From: Macrostomum lignano
Lineage: Eukaryota
Direction: 5' to 3'
DNA: 64,000 nucleotides
Assembly (NCBI GenBank): GCA_002269645.1
Contig: NIVC01000319.1
Location: 248,001 to 312,000 of the forward strand
Within the stretch, counting starts at the first letter, position 1. Each line of letters begins with the position of its first letter. Below the pieces are notes generated by a model. It was not told the DNA's origin. It saw only the letters and a list, made by a program, of their open reading frames with translations, and did no database searches. Shown here one piece after another: positions 12,798 to 23,331 of the stretch. A program made the translations under genes and the position numbers.

Positions 12798-13455
12798 GAG
12801 AGTCGGTTTTTGAGGAAGATTCAGGCGATTCTCCAGGAGAGTCGGTTTTTGAGGAAGATTCAGGCGATTCTCCAGGAGAGTCGGTTTCTTGAGGAAGATT
12901 CAGGCGATTCTCCAGGAGAGTCGGTTTCTTGAGGAAGATTCAGGCGATTCTCCAGGAGAGTCGGTTTTTGAGGAAGATTCACGCGATTCTCCAGGAGAGT
13001 CGGTTTTTGAGGAAGATTCAGGCGATTCTCCAGGAGAGTCGGTTTTTGAGGAAGATTCAGGCGATTCTCCAGGAGAGTCGGTTTTTGAGGAAGATTCAGG
13101 CGATTCTCCAGGAGAGTCGGTTTTTGAGGAAGATTCACGCGATTCTCCAGGAGAGTCGGTTTTTGAGGAAGATTCAGGCGATTCTCCAGGAGAGTCGGTT
13201 TCTTGAGGAAGAGGGGGCGATTCTCCAGGAGAGTCGGTTTCTTGAGGAAGAGGGGGGCGATTCTCCAGGAGAGTCGGTTTCTTGAGGAAGATTCAGGCGA
13301 TTCTCCAGGAGAGTCGGTTTCTTGAGGAAGAGGGGGCGATTCTCCAGGAGAGTCGGTTTTTGAGAAAGAGGGGTGCGATTCTCCAGGAGAGTCGGTTTTT
13401 GAGAAAGAGGGGGGCGATTCTCCAGGAGAGTCGGTTTTTGAGAAGGGGGCGATTT
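12798..13455. repeat. 39-40-bp minisatellite (gaggaagattcaggcgattctccaggagagtcggttttt)
   Basis: About 16 units, each containing the palindrome TCTCC-A-GGAGA; no unique spacers. Confidence 0.95.
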
Positions 13456-14664
13456 TACCCGCACGCATGTACGCACACCAGTACCAGCCTGGAAGTCCGT
13501 GGTAACCATGGTTACAAACGTATACAATCTGACTTTATAACTTGTTATTATGTTGATGCTTTATACTATACTCATATTCATATCTGTGCTGTAGTACTAT
13601 TGTGACGCGAAACGGTGGCAAGAGGAGCAGTCATGCCTGGAGAGGGCCATGCCGACTGCTCCAAGATCTCTACGCAGGAGGGGGGAGGGACAGCGGACGG
13701 GCAGGCACAAGACTGCCTGCAATTCCGAGTGTCGTGCCATCTGCGGAGATGCTCAGAGTCAGTACAGAACTTGACCACCGAGGCGGGGATGGGGGCCCCT
13801 GGGCTTGGCTCCAGAAGCGCGCTGGCAGAGCCAGCAGGTCAGCACACTCGTCGCCGAGGAAACCAGCGTGGTCCGGGATCCATTTGGCCGACCAATACTT
13901 GTCAGTGTCGAGTCACACGGGCGATAAAAAGTACGTGCAAGCTGTTTGATGGCGTTCCTCATGAACGAGCCTTCAGCACTGATGAGGATTCTGAACTTTT
14001 TTTAAGCTAAGCTACACTCCTACACAGGAGTAGCTGGAGTCTTTCTTGCACACACGACCCCATAAGTAGAGCTATAGGTGCCGACTCTCCAAGGTCAAGT
14101 TGTTTAAAACTTAAAAGGCTTGTTTAGGTCACACGCTTAGACCGTCGTAAGTATTAGTAAACATTTCTTGTTAGAATGCCAAATCTCGTCTCGACTTTCG
14201 TCTCAAAAATTTAATTCGTCACGAGGTAATGCGCAGAGCCACCTTAACCGCTTGCTGCATGGGGAGGCCGCAGTTCGCGATAAAGCTGGCCCGGTCAAGG
14301 TATCTGCTTATCTGCTTGGCAGCAAAATATCACCTGATATTCTGAAGTCTCATTAGGAAATCGCCAAAAATTAAAGAATAAGTTTCTACTGCGTGCTCTG
14401 GCAACCAAGACAGGTTGATAAGCCAGGCCTGAGTGCAGAGCTGGCTTCAGGTGAAATGTCTCCAAAACTGCCAGAGCTTGAGCTGCAGTTTTCCGGTGTT
14501 CACTGCCTGCCTTATCGCTGCAGTCGGGGCTGCTTTCGACTTTCTCAAAAAAATTCAAGATAAAAGGCGAGCCACCAGGCCTAGCAGCAGCTGGGAGTGC
14601 GACCGATTGCCCATAGTTGGTCGAATTTCTACTCTTCGAAATTTCCAGCGCTCTACGAATTCAA

Positions 14665-15390
14665 ATGCGATTTTCACTGCCAAATCTGGCGCTGAGCGCC
14701 CTGGCGGTGGGCCTCGCGATGGCGGTCTTGATGCCTGCGCCCGCTGCCGCGTTCAGCTTCAGACTGTTCCGCCGGTCCGCCAACTTCAGCACCAACGCGA
14801 CCGTCGCCGTGAAGAATGCAACCAACGTCACTTATGGTGGCTACGCCCGAACTGTGCAGTTCCTTGTGCGAAAGGTGGACGACTCGACTCCGTACTACAG
14901 GTGATTCACGCTTGTTCGCCTTTAATAGTTGCAAAGTGCGTACGTGTTAACATGAATGCAATACATTAATCAATTTTCCCAACATATACCGGCATTTAAC
15001 AGGAGTATGGCCTTCCAAGTGCCGGAGGAGCTCAACTACATGATGGGCGACAACCTGTACAGGGACTTCGCCAGTGCTTTGGGGCGCCACTGCAACGCCA
15101 CTAACATCACTCGGATTGTGCGCAACAACCTGCAGCTGCTGCAGACTGACGATGACGTCTGGAGGATCCAGGACGGTGACCGTATCGAGATCTGGACAAA
15201 CAGCAGCGGGCCGGCGACCAGGGCGGAAACTGCTAGCGCCTTCGCCAAGGCACCCCGTAGGAAGGGCTGCCCGCCAATGGGACCACCAGGTCGTCCCGGA
15301 CGTCCCGGTCGTCCAGGAGATCGCATGGAAGAGATGCCGATCGGAGAGGAGCCCATCGTGGTGCCCGACTGGGACGAAATGGACGACTGA
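14665..15390 (+). CDS. Secreted orphan glycoprotein, 207 aa, with a short Gly-X-Y stretch and acidic tail
   Basis: Exons 14665-14900 and 15003-15390 (phase-2 GT-AG intron, frame continuous). Hydrophobic signal peptide MRFSLPNLALSALAVGLAMAVLMPAPAAA, 7 N-x-S/T sequons, GPPGRPGRPGRPGD, GC-rich coding-like composition. No family recognised. Confidence 0.75.
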
Positions 15391-16603
15391 GTGGCGCTTA
15401 AGCTGAGAAGCTTCACCGAGCCGCGTGGGCAAACTGATTGACTAATCGTACATATAGGCTGATAAGACAGTTCAATTTTACTCCTTAAGTCTTAAAAAAT
15501 CTAATTGACTGGAGTGTTCCGCCAATAAATACACGATCTACTTCTCAGTGTATTACGCTACTTAAGATGAAGTTATAAGTACCGATTTGTGAAACAGATT
15601 TGTAAGCAAATAGCGCGTAGCGAGCGAGATCGTGGGCGACGAGCCTTTTTAGTGCTTTTGTAATAAGAAAAAAGTGAAAATAAAACGAACATTCGCCGAG
15701 TCAATAAAACCTTGATTGACTGACGGAAGGAACTGCAATCAGCTGTTTTGAGATAAAAACTGCAATTCAATATTTTGCAAATGAGCAAGCTATTCATAAT
15801 ATGAGGTTAGAGAATTCGTGCCCGAGCAGAATTCTGCTCCGAGTCAGAGCATGCAAGCCAGGCCATCATCTCACTAACCAGTGCTGGGTGCAAATACGCT
15901 ATGAGGCAATGCGTGCTTTCAGATTTCTTAGACAGCAAGCTAGGCTAGTAAAAACGCGGTGGGTTGAGCCTACTTTTAGAGATAGGCAGGTGCCCCCGAA
16001 TGTGCGAGCTCCACAGACACTGAGTGAGCTGCAGCACAATGGCGGACTCATTGTGCCTGTTGTGAGGCCAGGTCGGGACAGGGCCTCTTCAGCCAGCAGA
16101 GAATGCCTTCATTCTTCCTTCCATTGTATTTTTTCATCGAACGCGTCATCTCAGCAGCAATGGGCCGTCGAACCGCCGCGAGCGCACCGAACACAAGGAG
16201 CGAAAAAACACGACAGACAGTCATCAACTGGGGCTTTACTTTCAAGTTCGCTGCCCAGACTGAAAACTGAAGGCTTTCGGAAGCAACGAAAAGCAAAAAA
16301 GAGAAAAGCATAGTAAGTGCGCCTCCAGCACAGAGCCGCAGCAGAAAGCGGGCGCACTCGAGCAAAAAAAATTCTGTCTGACCCTCTGGAGCCTGCGCCC
16401 GGCCCTATCAATTGGCTTCTTGTGAGCAGCCCCTTTCTGTTAAAAAGCTAGAGAGCGCCATCAGTGAGAGGAGGCAGTTCGCAACCCAGACAGTTTGAAC
16501 ACCACAGAAGCACCGCCCGCACGTTTTAAACAATTATTAACCGGTTAAACGGAAAGAAACTCGGCGCACTCTAAGCGGCATCCCACGAGAGCAATCCGCC
16601 GGA

Positions 16604-19600
16604 ATGAGCAGCCTGTGGTCCGCCTACCCGTCGGTGACGCAGCTTCGCCAGCTGCTTGATGACAAAGCTGAGGACGTTGACAGTCGTCAGAATGACCGGA
16701 CGCTGCTGCACCGGGCCGCGACAGACAACAAAATTGAGGTGATCCGTCTGTTGAAGGAGCACGGCGCCGATCTGAACGCCTTAAACAGCGCAGGCAAGTC
16801 GGCTCTCAACCTGGGCCTCGAGAAGCGCCACTTTGAGACCGTGGAGCTGCTGCTAGAGCTGGGAGCCGATCCTAACACTGCCACTGTGAACACGGAGTCG
16901 ACCCTGCACCAAGCGGCCGCAATCAAAGACTCCAGGTTCATCAGCCGACTGCTCGCACATGGAGCCAAATGCAATGCGCCGGATCGGTTGAACGACTGGC
17001 CAATCCATCGGGCCTCCCTAGAGGAGTACCTGGAGACGGTGGGCGTCCTCCTACATGAACACTCTGAGCACATCAACGTCATTGGCAACCGCGGACTCAC
17101 CCCACTGCACATCGCGGCCACAAACAGCAACGCGGAACTGTTTGCCGTACTTGTTGAGCACGGAGCCGACATTGCTGTTAAAGACTTGCAAGGACGGACG
17201 CCGCTTGATCTGGTGATCATGAACCAGGACAACGCAATCCTCGATACCTACGGGTATCTGCTGGCGAACAAGGTAGTCAAGTGTCCGGAAGCCGGAAGTT
17301 TCCGCACGGTTTTCAGCACGGACTCAGCTAGAAAGTTTTTAGACACTCTGACCAAGATTGACAACGAGTACAGGCGCACTTTCGTCCCAACGGACACAGA
17401 CATTGAGTACTTCCAAAACCGGCTGGATGAAGCAACCAACGAAATGCTATTGAGCTATATTGAGTCAGACGAACGAATCGACATCAACGAGTTTGTACAG
17501 ATCATAATCCGTGCTGTGAGCAACGGCTTGGTAGACGAAATCATCTCCAAGGACCTGGTGCCCAAGATAGCAGAGAGCATCTTTCGACATGTGCTCGTAT
17601 CTGAGAATGAGATTTTGCTGCAGGAACTCATGAATCTAGGAGTTCTGTGGGGCAAGATCGTTCAATTCTTGGAAAGTAACATAGTCGAGGTGTACGAGAA
17701 GACGCTTATTGCAAAGCGGGTGGGGATCCGAGGCCTGGTCTGGCGCGAGTGCCTTAAAGACGAAGATGATGAAGACGAAGACGAAGACCAGAAGCAACAA
17801 ACGAAAATCCTCGGTTCCGGCGAAAGCTTGCAAGAAGTGACGCAACGAGTCTCCTACGACAAGCTGCACATGCTAGTGTCCAAAACCACGAAACTGTGGC
17901 AGCTGAGGCACACCGACTTCATTGACGAACAGACGGATCGTTGCAACTTGGACTCGCCGATAGAAGTAATGAAGGACCCAGTCCGTACCCTGGCTATGTG
18001 GAGCGTGCTCACAGGCCGGTTTAAGTTAACGCCACACCTTCTGCGCCAAGAGCCGTACGATCTCATCCCACAGGCGCTTCTCATGGCTAAACTGCTTCGC
18101 TGCCTCAGCAACCTGCGAAGCATCGAGGACGTTTATAGAAACAAGGCAATAAATATGGCCAACACGTGCGAGGGGATCGCTATTCAAGCTCTGCGACGCA
18201 TTAAGGAATTCGACACGTCGCAGAACAACATTCTCACCATGGAGTACCTGAGGCTTCCGCTCCGATCCTACGGTGACTACGACGCCATCGACCTGGCCGC
18301 CAGGGGCGAGTCCAGCAGCTTCGTCACCATCGATGTGGTACAGGACACGTTAGACATGTTCTGGTACTCCGACTTCTTCTTCGTCCGCAGCAACGTCTGG
18401 AAGATGGAGGGCGCCATTCTCATGGGTTTCGTGCCGCCGCTCATGCTGCTCCTACCGCTGATCATGGAACGCTTCCGTAAAGAGTCGCCAACCTTTAAGA
18501 ATCCTGAGATCTTGCAGGACAGCAAGTTCGTGCAGGTGAAAAGTGCGTTGCACAGCCACAACGAGCATCACGGGCACGAGATGACAGGCGCAGAGGAGCG
18601 GCTCCTGCCGCAGCCACCTGAAGCGGAAGTGCCGCCCAAGAAGCCATCGTATGTGCGGCGAGTATTCAAAGAGTTAAACGCCTTCTATGATATCCCCTGC
18701 GTAAAATTTCGGTTCCACGTGACGGCGCACGTGATGTTTGTTCTGCTTCTGTCGTTCGTCGTGATGCGCCTATTCAACAAGAGGATGAGTGTGTCGGAGT
18801 GCATCTGCTACGTGTGTCTGCTGGGCTTTCTGGTGGAAGAAATTAACGAGATCTTCAAGAGCAAAAAGGACGAATCGCTCGCCTCCTACTTCTCGGATGG
18901 CTGGAACCTGATCGATCTGACGGCTATACTTTGTGGCATCATAAGCTTTGCGTTGAGGCTGGATGACGAAATTTCAGGAAAGTCTGAGCATGCTGAGAGT
19001 GTTCGATACTGGGCTCTGGTGCTGCTGTCAACAACCTGCCTGGTGTACTGGATTCGACTGCTATTCGTTTCGGTGATCTTGGAAAGCCTCGGCCCCAAGC
19101 TGAAGATGATGGCGCTCATGGTGAAGAAAGACTTCCTGCCATTCTTGTATATCCTGTTCATCCTGATGATCGGCTTCGGAGTTGTGTTCCAGGCGCTGCT
19201 GTACCCACCGACCAACTTTGGCACATCATCTCTGAGCCCAGGGGATACCGACAACGGCACAGAGGCGCAGGAGATCGCTGTGCGGATGTTCAGAACGACC
19301 TTCTTTATGATCGTCGGCGAGTACGGCCTGGATGACAAGACGAATCTCTGCAGTTCTCCGGATGCCAAAGAAGACTGCGTTCACGAGACAGGATCTCTGC
19401 TGGTTACTAACATCTTCATGGTCATCTACATCGTGATAGTCCAGATTCTTCTGCTCAACGTCATCGTGGCGATGTTTAGCGAGACAATTGACGCCGTGAA
19501 TCGCGAGTCAACCGCCATGTGGCAGTTCGAGAAGTACGACCTCACCCAGGAGTTCTTCATGCGCTCCAAGCTGCCGCCACCGTTCAACGTGCTGCTGGAG

Positions 19601-19966
19601 CTGCGCCGCCTCATCGCGTGGATCATCAGGCGCTTCCGGCGAAACAAGAGTAGCGACGGCAAGCGAACGGCACCGCGCAGCACCGAGAAGAGCGAAGTCG
19701 AGGTGTTCCTCTACTACTTGTACTACCAGGCCATCAGCTGCAGGGGCCAGCGCTCCACCTTCCGAGGCGTCGTGATCGACGAGGAAGATCTGGACGAGGG
19801 CAACAAGATAATCTTTGAGCAGATCAAGGACATTCAAAAGGAGCTGAAGCGCCTGCGGAAACTGGAGACGCTCGTCCAGAAGATGAGCAACAGCAGTTCA
19901 GGACCGAGCAGGCAGCTGCCCCCGCATCGGCAGCTGGCTGCCCTGGCTGAAAACCAGGACACCTGA
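16604..19966 (+). CDS. Intronless ankyrin-repeat TRPM-like cation channel, 1120 aa
   Basis: Single uninterrupted ORF. Five ankyrin repeats plus a partial sixth (about 16694-17240). TRPM MHR4-like motif PVRTLAMWSVL...ALLMAKLLR, pre-S1 AIDLAA..FV...VQDTLDMFW, FYDIPCVKF, six hydrophobic segments, pore FFMIVGEY with pore-loop Cys pair, ILLLNVIVAMF, TRP box WQFEKY..LPPPFNV, C-terminal coiled coil. No NUDT9-H or kinase domain. Confidence 0.92.
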   Translation: MSSLWSAYPSVTQLRQLLDDKAEDVDSRQNDRTLLHRAATDNKIEVIRLLKEHGADLNALNSAGKSALNLGLEKRHFETVELLLELGADPNTATVNTESTLHQAAAIKDSRFISRLLAHGAKCNAPDRLNDWPIHRASLEEYLETVGVLLHEHSEHINVIGNRGLTPLHIAATNSNAELFAVLVEHGADIAVKDLQGRTPLDLVIMNQDNAILDTYGYLLANKVVKCPEAGSFRTVFSTDSARKFLDTLTKIDNEYRRTFVPTDTDIEYFQNRLDEATNEMLLSYIESDERIDINEFVQIIIRAVSNGLVDEIISKDLVPKIAESIFRHVLVSENEILLQELMNLGVLWGKIVQFLESNIVEVYEKTLIAKRVGIRGLVWRECLKDEDDEDEDEDQKQQTKILGSGESLQEVTQRVSYDKLHMLVSKTTKLWQLRHTDFIDEQTDRCNLDSPIEVMKDPVRTLAMWSVLTGRFKLTPHLLRQEPYDLIPQALLMAKLLRCLSNLRSIEDVYRNKAINMANTCEGIAIQALRRIKEFDTSQNNILTMEYLRLPLRSYGDYDAIDLAARGESSSFVTIDVVQDTLDMFWYSDFFFVRSNVWKMEGAILMGFVPPLMLLLPLIMERFRKESPTFKNPEILQDSKFVQVKSALHSHNEHHGHEMTGAEERLLPQPPEAEVPPKKPSYVRRVFKELNAFYDIPCVKFRFHVTAHVMFVLLLSFVVMRLFNKRMSVSECICYVCLLGFLVEEINEIFKSKKDESLASYFSDGWNLIDLTAILCGIISFALRLDDEISGKSEHAESVRYWALVLLSTTCLVYWIRLLFVSVILESLGPKLKMMALMVKKDFLPFLYILFILMIGFGVVFQALLYPPTNFGTSSLSPGDTDNGTEAQEIAVRMFRTTFFMIVGEYGLDDKTNLCSSPDAKEDCVHETGSLLVTNIFMVIYIVIVQILLLNVIVAMFSETIDAVNRESTAMWQFEKYDLTQEFFMRSKLPPPFNVLLELRRLIAWIIRRFRRNKSSDGKRTAPRSTEKSEVEVFLYYLYYQAISCRGQRSTFRGVVIDEEDLDEGNKIIFEQIKDIQKELKRLRKLETLVQKMSNSSSGPSRQLPPHRQLAALAENQDT

Positions 19967-20542
19967 GACAAATACGTTCAGCACAAAGACCTGCAGGACG
20001 TCAGGTGAAAGAATCCAGAATTCCTTCGGGCCTGAGTAGTTCGGAGTTTTCTGCTCTTTTTAAAACAAACAGTTTAACGACATGCCGTTGTGGCTTTTCA
20101 ACTTTTGGGCCACTTTTCCCGTCTCTTAGCCACTTATTCAAGTTCTCGTAGGTTTTTAGTTGCAACTGTGCAAGGCGATGTACGATTAGAAAACGCACTA
20201 AAAGTACTTTTTGTTATACTTCATTAATCTCGATTATATTTAAAATTGATCTTTTTAACGGGAGTTTATGTAATGTAAAAGCCTTAATGCAACAGTTGAC
20301 AAGTGTATCCAATATGCCATGTTATGCCATGCTAGACAGAATGTAAGGGCCCCGCTTACTCATTTGATCATCAGCTCTAGACTTATCGCTACATCCTCTG
20401 ATATCCAGATTTTAGTTTTTTTTTCGTAAAAATAAAAACGAGAGACTACTACTCTTTTCACTACTACGAACTTCACTGACTCGATCATCCAGTTCGAAAT
20501 ACAGCACTGAGACTGCAGTTCGTTTCTCTTGAATTTTATTCC

Positions 20543-20950
20543 CTGACTGACTGACTGACTGACTGACTGACTGACTGACTGACTGACTGACTGACTGACT
20601 GACTGACTGACTGACTGACTGACTGACTGACTGACTGACTGACTGACTGACTGACTGACTGACTGACTGACTGACTGACTGACTGACTGACTGACTGACT
20701 GACTGACTGACTGACTGACTGACTGACTGACTGACTGACTGACTGACTGACTGACTGACTGACTGACTGACTGACTGACTGACTGACTGACTGACTGACT
20801 GACTGACTGACTGACTGACTGACTGACTGACTGACTGACTGACTGACTGACTGACTGACTGACTGACTGACTGACTGACTGACTGACTGACTGACTGACT
20901 GACTGACTGACTGACTGACTGACTGACTGACTGACTGACTGACTGACTGA
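20543..20950. repeat. (CTGA)n microsatellite, about 102 apparently perfect units
   Basis: 408 bp of uninterrupted ctga read directly. Confidence 0.98.
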
Positions 20951-21223
20951 CGGGTCCCCCACTTTGATTGACATTCTCATTCTGCTTGCGACCCCAATAT
21001 GTAAAGTGCTGAGAGCAAGACTTGACAAGTGCGGGATGAGAAAAGAATTGCAAAGCTCCCAAGTGAGCGAGTTCTAATTTTTTATATTTAATTATCAAAG
21101 TACCATTCAGTGAGATTAAACTGGCAAATTATTAACTTTGAGAGCCTACTAGCGAGAGGGAAGAAAAGCACACGATATGCGGAGAGAGGGCGAGACAGCC
21201 GCACGTGAACAATAAAGCCAACA

Positions 21224-22240
21224 TGGAGCAACTGGGATTAAAGCAACTTGGATTAAAGCAACTTGGATTAAAGCAACTTGGATTAACGAAACTGGGATTA
21301 AAGCAACTGGGATTAACGAAACTGGGATTAAAGCAACTGGGATTAACGAAACTGGGATTAAAGCAACTGGGATTAACGAAACTGGGATTAAAGCAACTGG
21401 GATTAAAGCAACTGGTATTAAAGCAACTGGGATTAAAGCAACTGGGATTAACGCAAATGGGATTAACGCAAATGGGATTAAAGCAACTTGGATTAACGCA
21501 AATGGGATTAACGCAAATGGGATTAAAGCAACTTGGATTAAAGCAACTGGGATTAACGCAAATGGGATTAAAGCAACTTGGATTAAAGCAACTGGGATTA
21601 AAGCAACTGGGATTAAAGCAACTGGGATTAAAGCAACTGGGATTAAAGCAACTGGGATTAACGCAAATGGGATTAAAGCAACTGGGATTAAAGCAACTGG
21701 GATTAAAGCAACTGGGATTAAAGCAACTGGGATTAAAGCAACTGGGATTAAAGCAACTGGGATTAAAACAACTGGGATTAAAGCAACTGGGATTAACGCA
21801 AATGGGATTAAAGCAACTGGGATTAAAGCAACTGGGATTAAAGCAACTGGGATTAAAGCAACTGGGATTAAAGCAACTGGGATTAAAGCAACTGGGATTA
21901 AAGCAACTGGGATTAAAGCAACTGGGATTAACGCAAATGGGATTAAAGCAACTGGGATTAAAGCAACTGGGATTAAAGCAACTGGGATTAACGCAACTGG
22001 GATTAAAGCAACTGGGATTAACGAAACTGGGATTAAAGCAACTGGGATTAAAGCAACTGGTATTAAAGCAACTGGGATTAAAGCAACTGGGATTAAAGCA
22101 ACTGGGATTAAAGCAACTGGGATTAACGCAAATGGGATTAAAGCAACTGGGATTAAAGCAACTGGGATTAAAGCAACTGGGATTAAAGCAACTGGGATTA
22201 ACGCAACTGGGATAAAAGCAACTGGGATTAAAGCAACTTG
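21224..22240. repeat. 15-bp minisatellite (aagcaactgggatta)
   Basis: About 67 tandem units; source of the KQLGL artefact ORF. Confidence 0.97.
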
Positions 22241-22296
22241 GATTTATCCATAGCCTTCACAGTTTACAGTCAGTTCATCCAGTTTTCACCAGCAGT

Positions 22297-23331
22297 TCAG
22301 CGCACCAGATCGAAGAAGCTGCTGATCTCAGCCTCGGTCATCGTGTCGTTCATGACGGCCACCGCCTGCACCGTGCCGTTCAGCACTCGCGAGTCGCCAA
22401 GTAGAAACCCCAGTGACATGCAGGTGCAGTTTGGAATGCTCGTTGCAGGATTTGTGACTTCTGCAATCACCTGCCCTGGCGGCACGAAGCCTCCGTTAGA
22501 GAAAACTTTCTGGGTGGAGAGAGTCGCCGACGTCAGGCCGACTTCCACGAACGAATTCGGGTCAAACGAGTTCGTTTCCGGTGCGGTTCTGTAAGAAGAA
22601 TAGCTGGAAGGGACCTGAGGTAACCTGATGAAGTACAGGCCTGCTACATTTGGCAAGCCGTTCCAGAGAGAGGCTCCCCTGATGTTAGTGGTGCAGTCGT
22701 AGCTCTCCAGAAACGCTGCTTCTGTGTTCTCCCGCTTGAGCCTGAGCAGCCACGTGAGTCCCTGCTTCACGCTCGCGAACTCCACGTTCTCCAGCCACAT
22801 CTTGGACGACACTCCGTCGAGCTTGGCTCCCTCGCTGCTCCACTCCACATTCTCCGACATCCACTGCTGCGTCTGGCCGCACACCAAGTTGCTCCTGCTG
22901 GCATCCGCATCGTCGCTCATCACCCAGGCGGCCCTCAGCTTCGAGCCCACACCCAGCATGAGCTTCCTGCTCAAGGTGAGGAACTTGGCGGCTCTGGCAT
23001 TGGCGAATGCGGCACAGCGGCGGGGCTGCGAGCTCTCTGCAGCAGCGAGTCCTTCGATGAGGTGGCACACTGCGATGTATTGGAAGAGTGAGCACTGGCG
23101 AGTGTCCGAGTCGAACTGGGCCACCTGCAGGCCGCTCGAGCCAGCCTTCATGAGGCACTCGCTGATGCCTCTCTGATTCTGAGTCGCTCGCACTGCCAGA
23201 TTCTCAGCCAGGCACTGCGGGCTGCTCAGGCGGTGCCAGGAGCTCGGCAGTCTCTCGCAGTGGACCAGCTGGGCCAGGCAGGCCGCTGCAAGCAGAACGG
23301 AGACTGGAGTAGCGATGAAGCTGGTTGCCAT
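22297..23331 (-). CDS. Intronless secreted protein, 344 aa, PAN/apple-like region plus LamG/concanavalin-A-like domain
   Basis: The second Met of the track ORF (23331) starts a signal peptide MATSFIATPVSVLLAAACLAQLVHC. ISECLMKA..VAQFDSDTRQCSLF resembles PAN modules. The C-terminal LNGTVQAVAVMNDTMTEAEI resembles the F.G.IDEVRIYNRALSAEEI end of Laminin_G_3 domains. Domain calls are by motif resemblance only. Confidence 0.7.
   Translation of the reverse strand: MATSFIATPVSVLLAAACLAQLVHCERLPSSWHRLSSPQCLAENLAVRATQNQRGISECLMKAGSSGLQVAQFDSDTRQCSLFQYIAVCHLIEGLAAAESSQPRRCAAFANARAAKFLTLSRKLMLGVGSKLRAAWVMSDDADASRSNLVCGQTQQWMSENVEWSSEGAKLDGVSSKMWLENVEFASVKQGLTWLLRLKRENTEAAFLESYDCTTNIRGASLWNGLPNVAGLYFIRLPQVPSSYSSYRTAPETNSFDPNSFVEVGLTSATLSTQKVFSNGGFVPPGQVIAEVTNPATSIPNCTCMSLGFLLGDSRVLNGTVQAVAVMNDTMTEAEISSFFDLVR

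Noticed and set aside
12798-13455. CRISPR-like appearance of palindrome-containing 39-40-bp repeats (also 34840-35245 and 36350-36630)
   Set aside because: Units are directly adjacent with no unique spacers, there are no cas genes, and the context is eukaryotic.
16687-19837. Antisense ORFs over the TRP channel, gag-pol, VPS41 and SMARCC exons
   Set aside because: Expected shadow ORFs of GC-rich coding sequence; no independent motifs.
20360-22215. (SQSV)n and (KQLGL)n ORFs
   Set aside because: Translations of the CTGA microsatellite and the 15-bp array, with no unique coding context.
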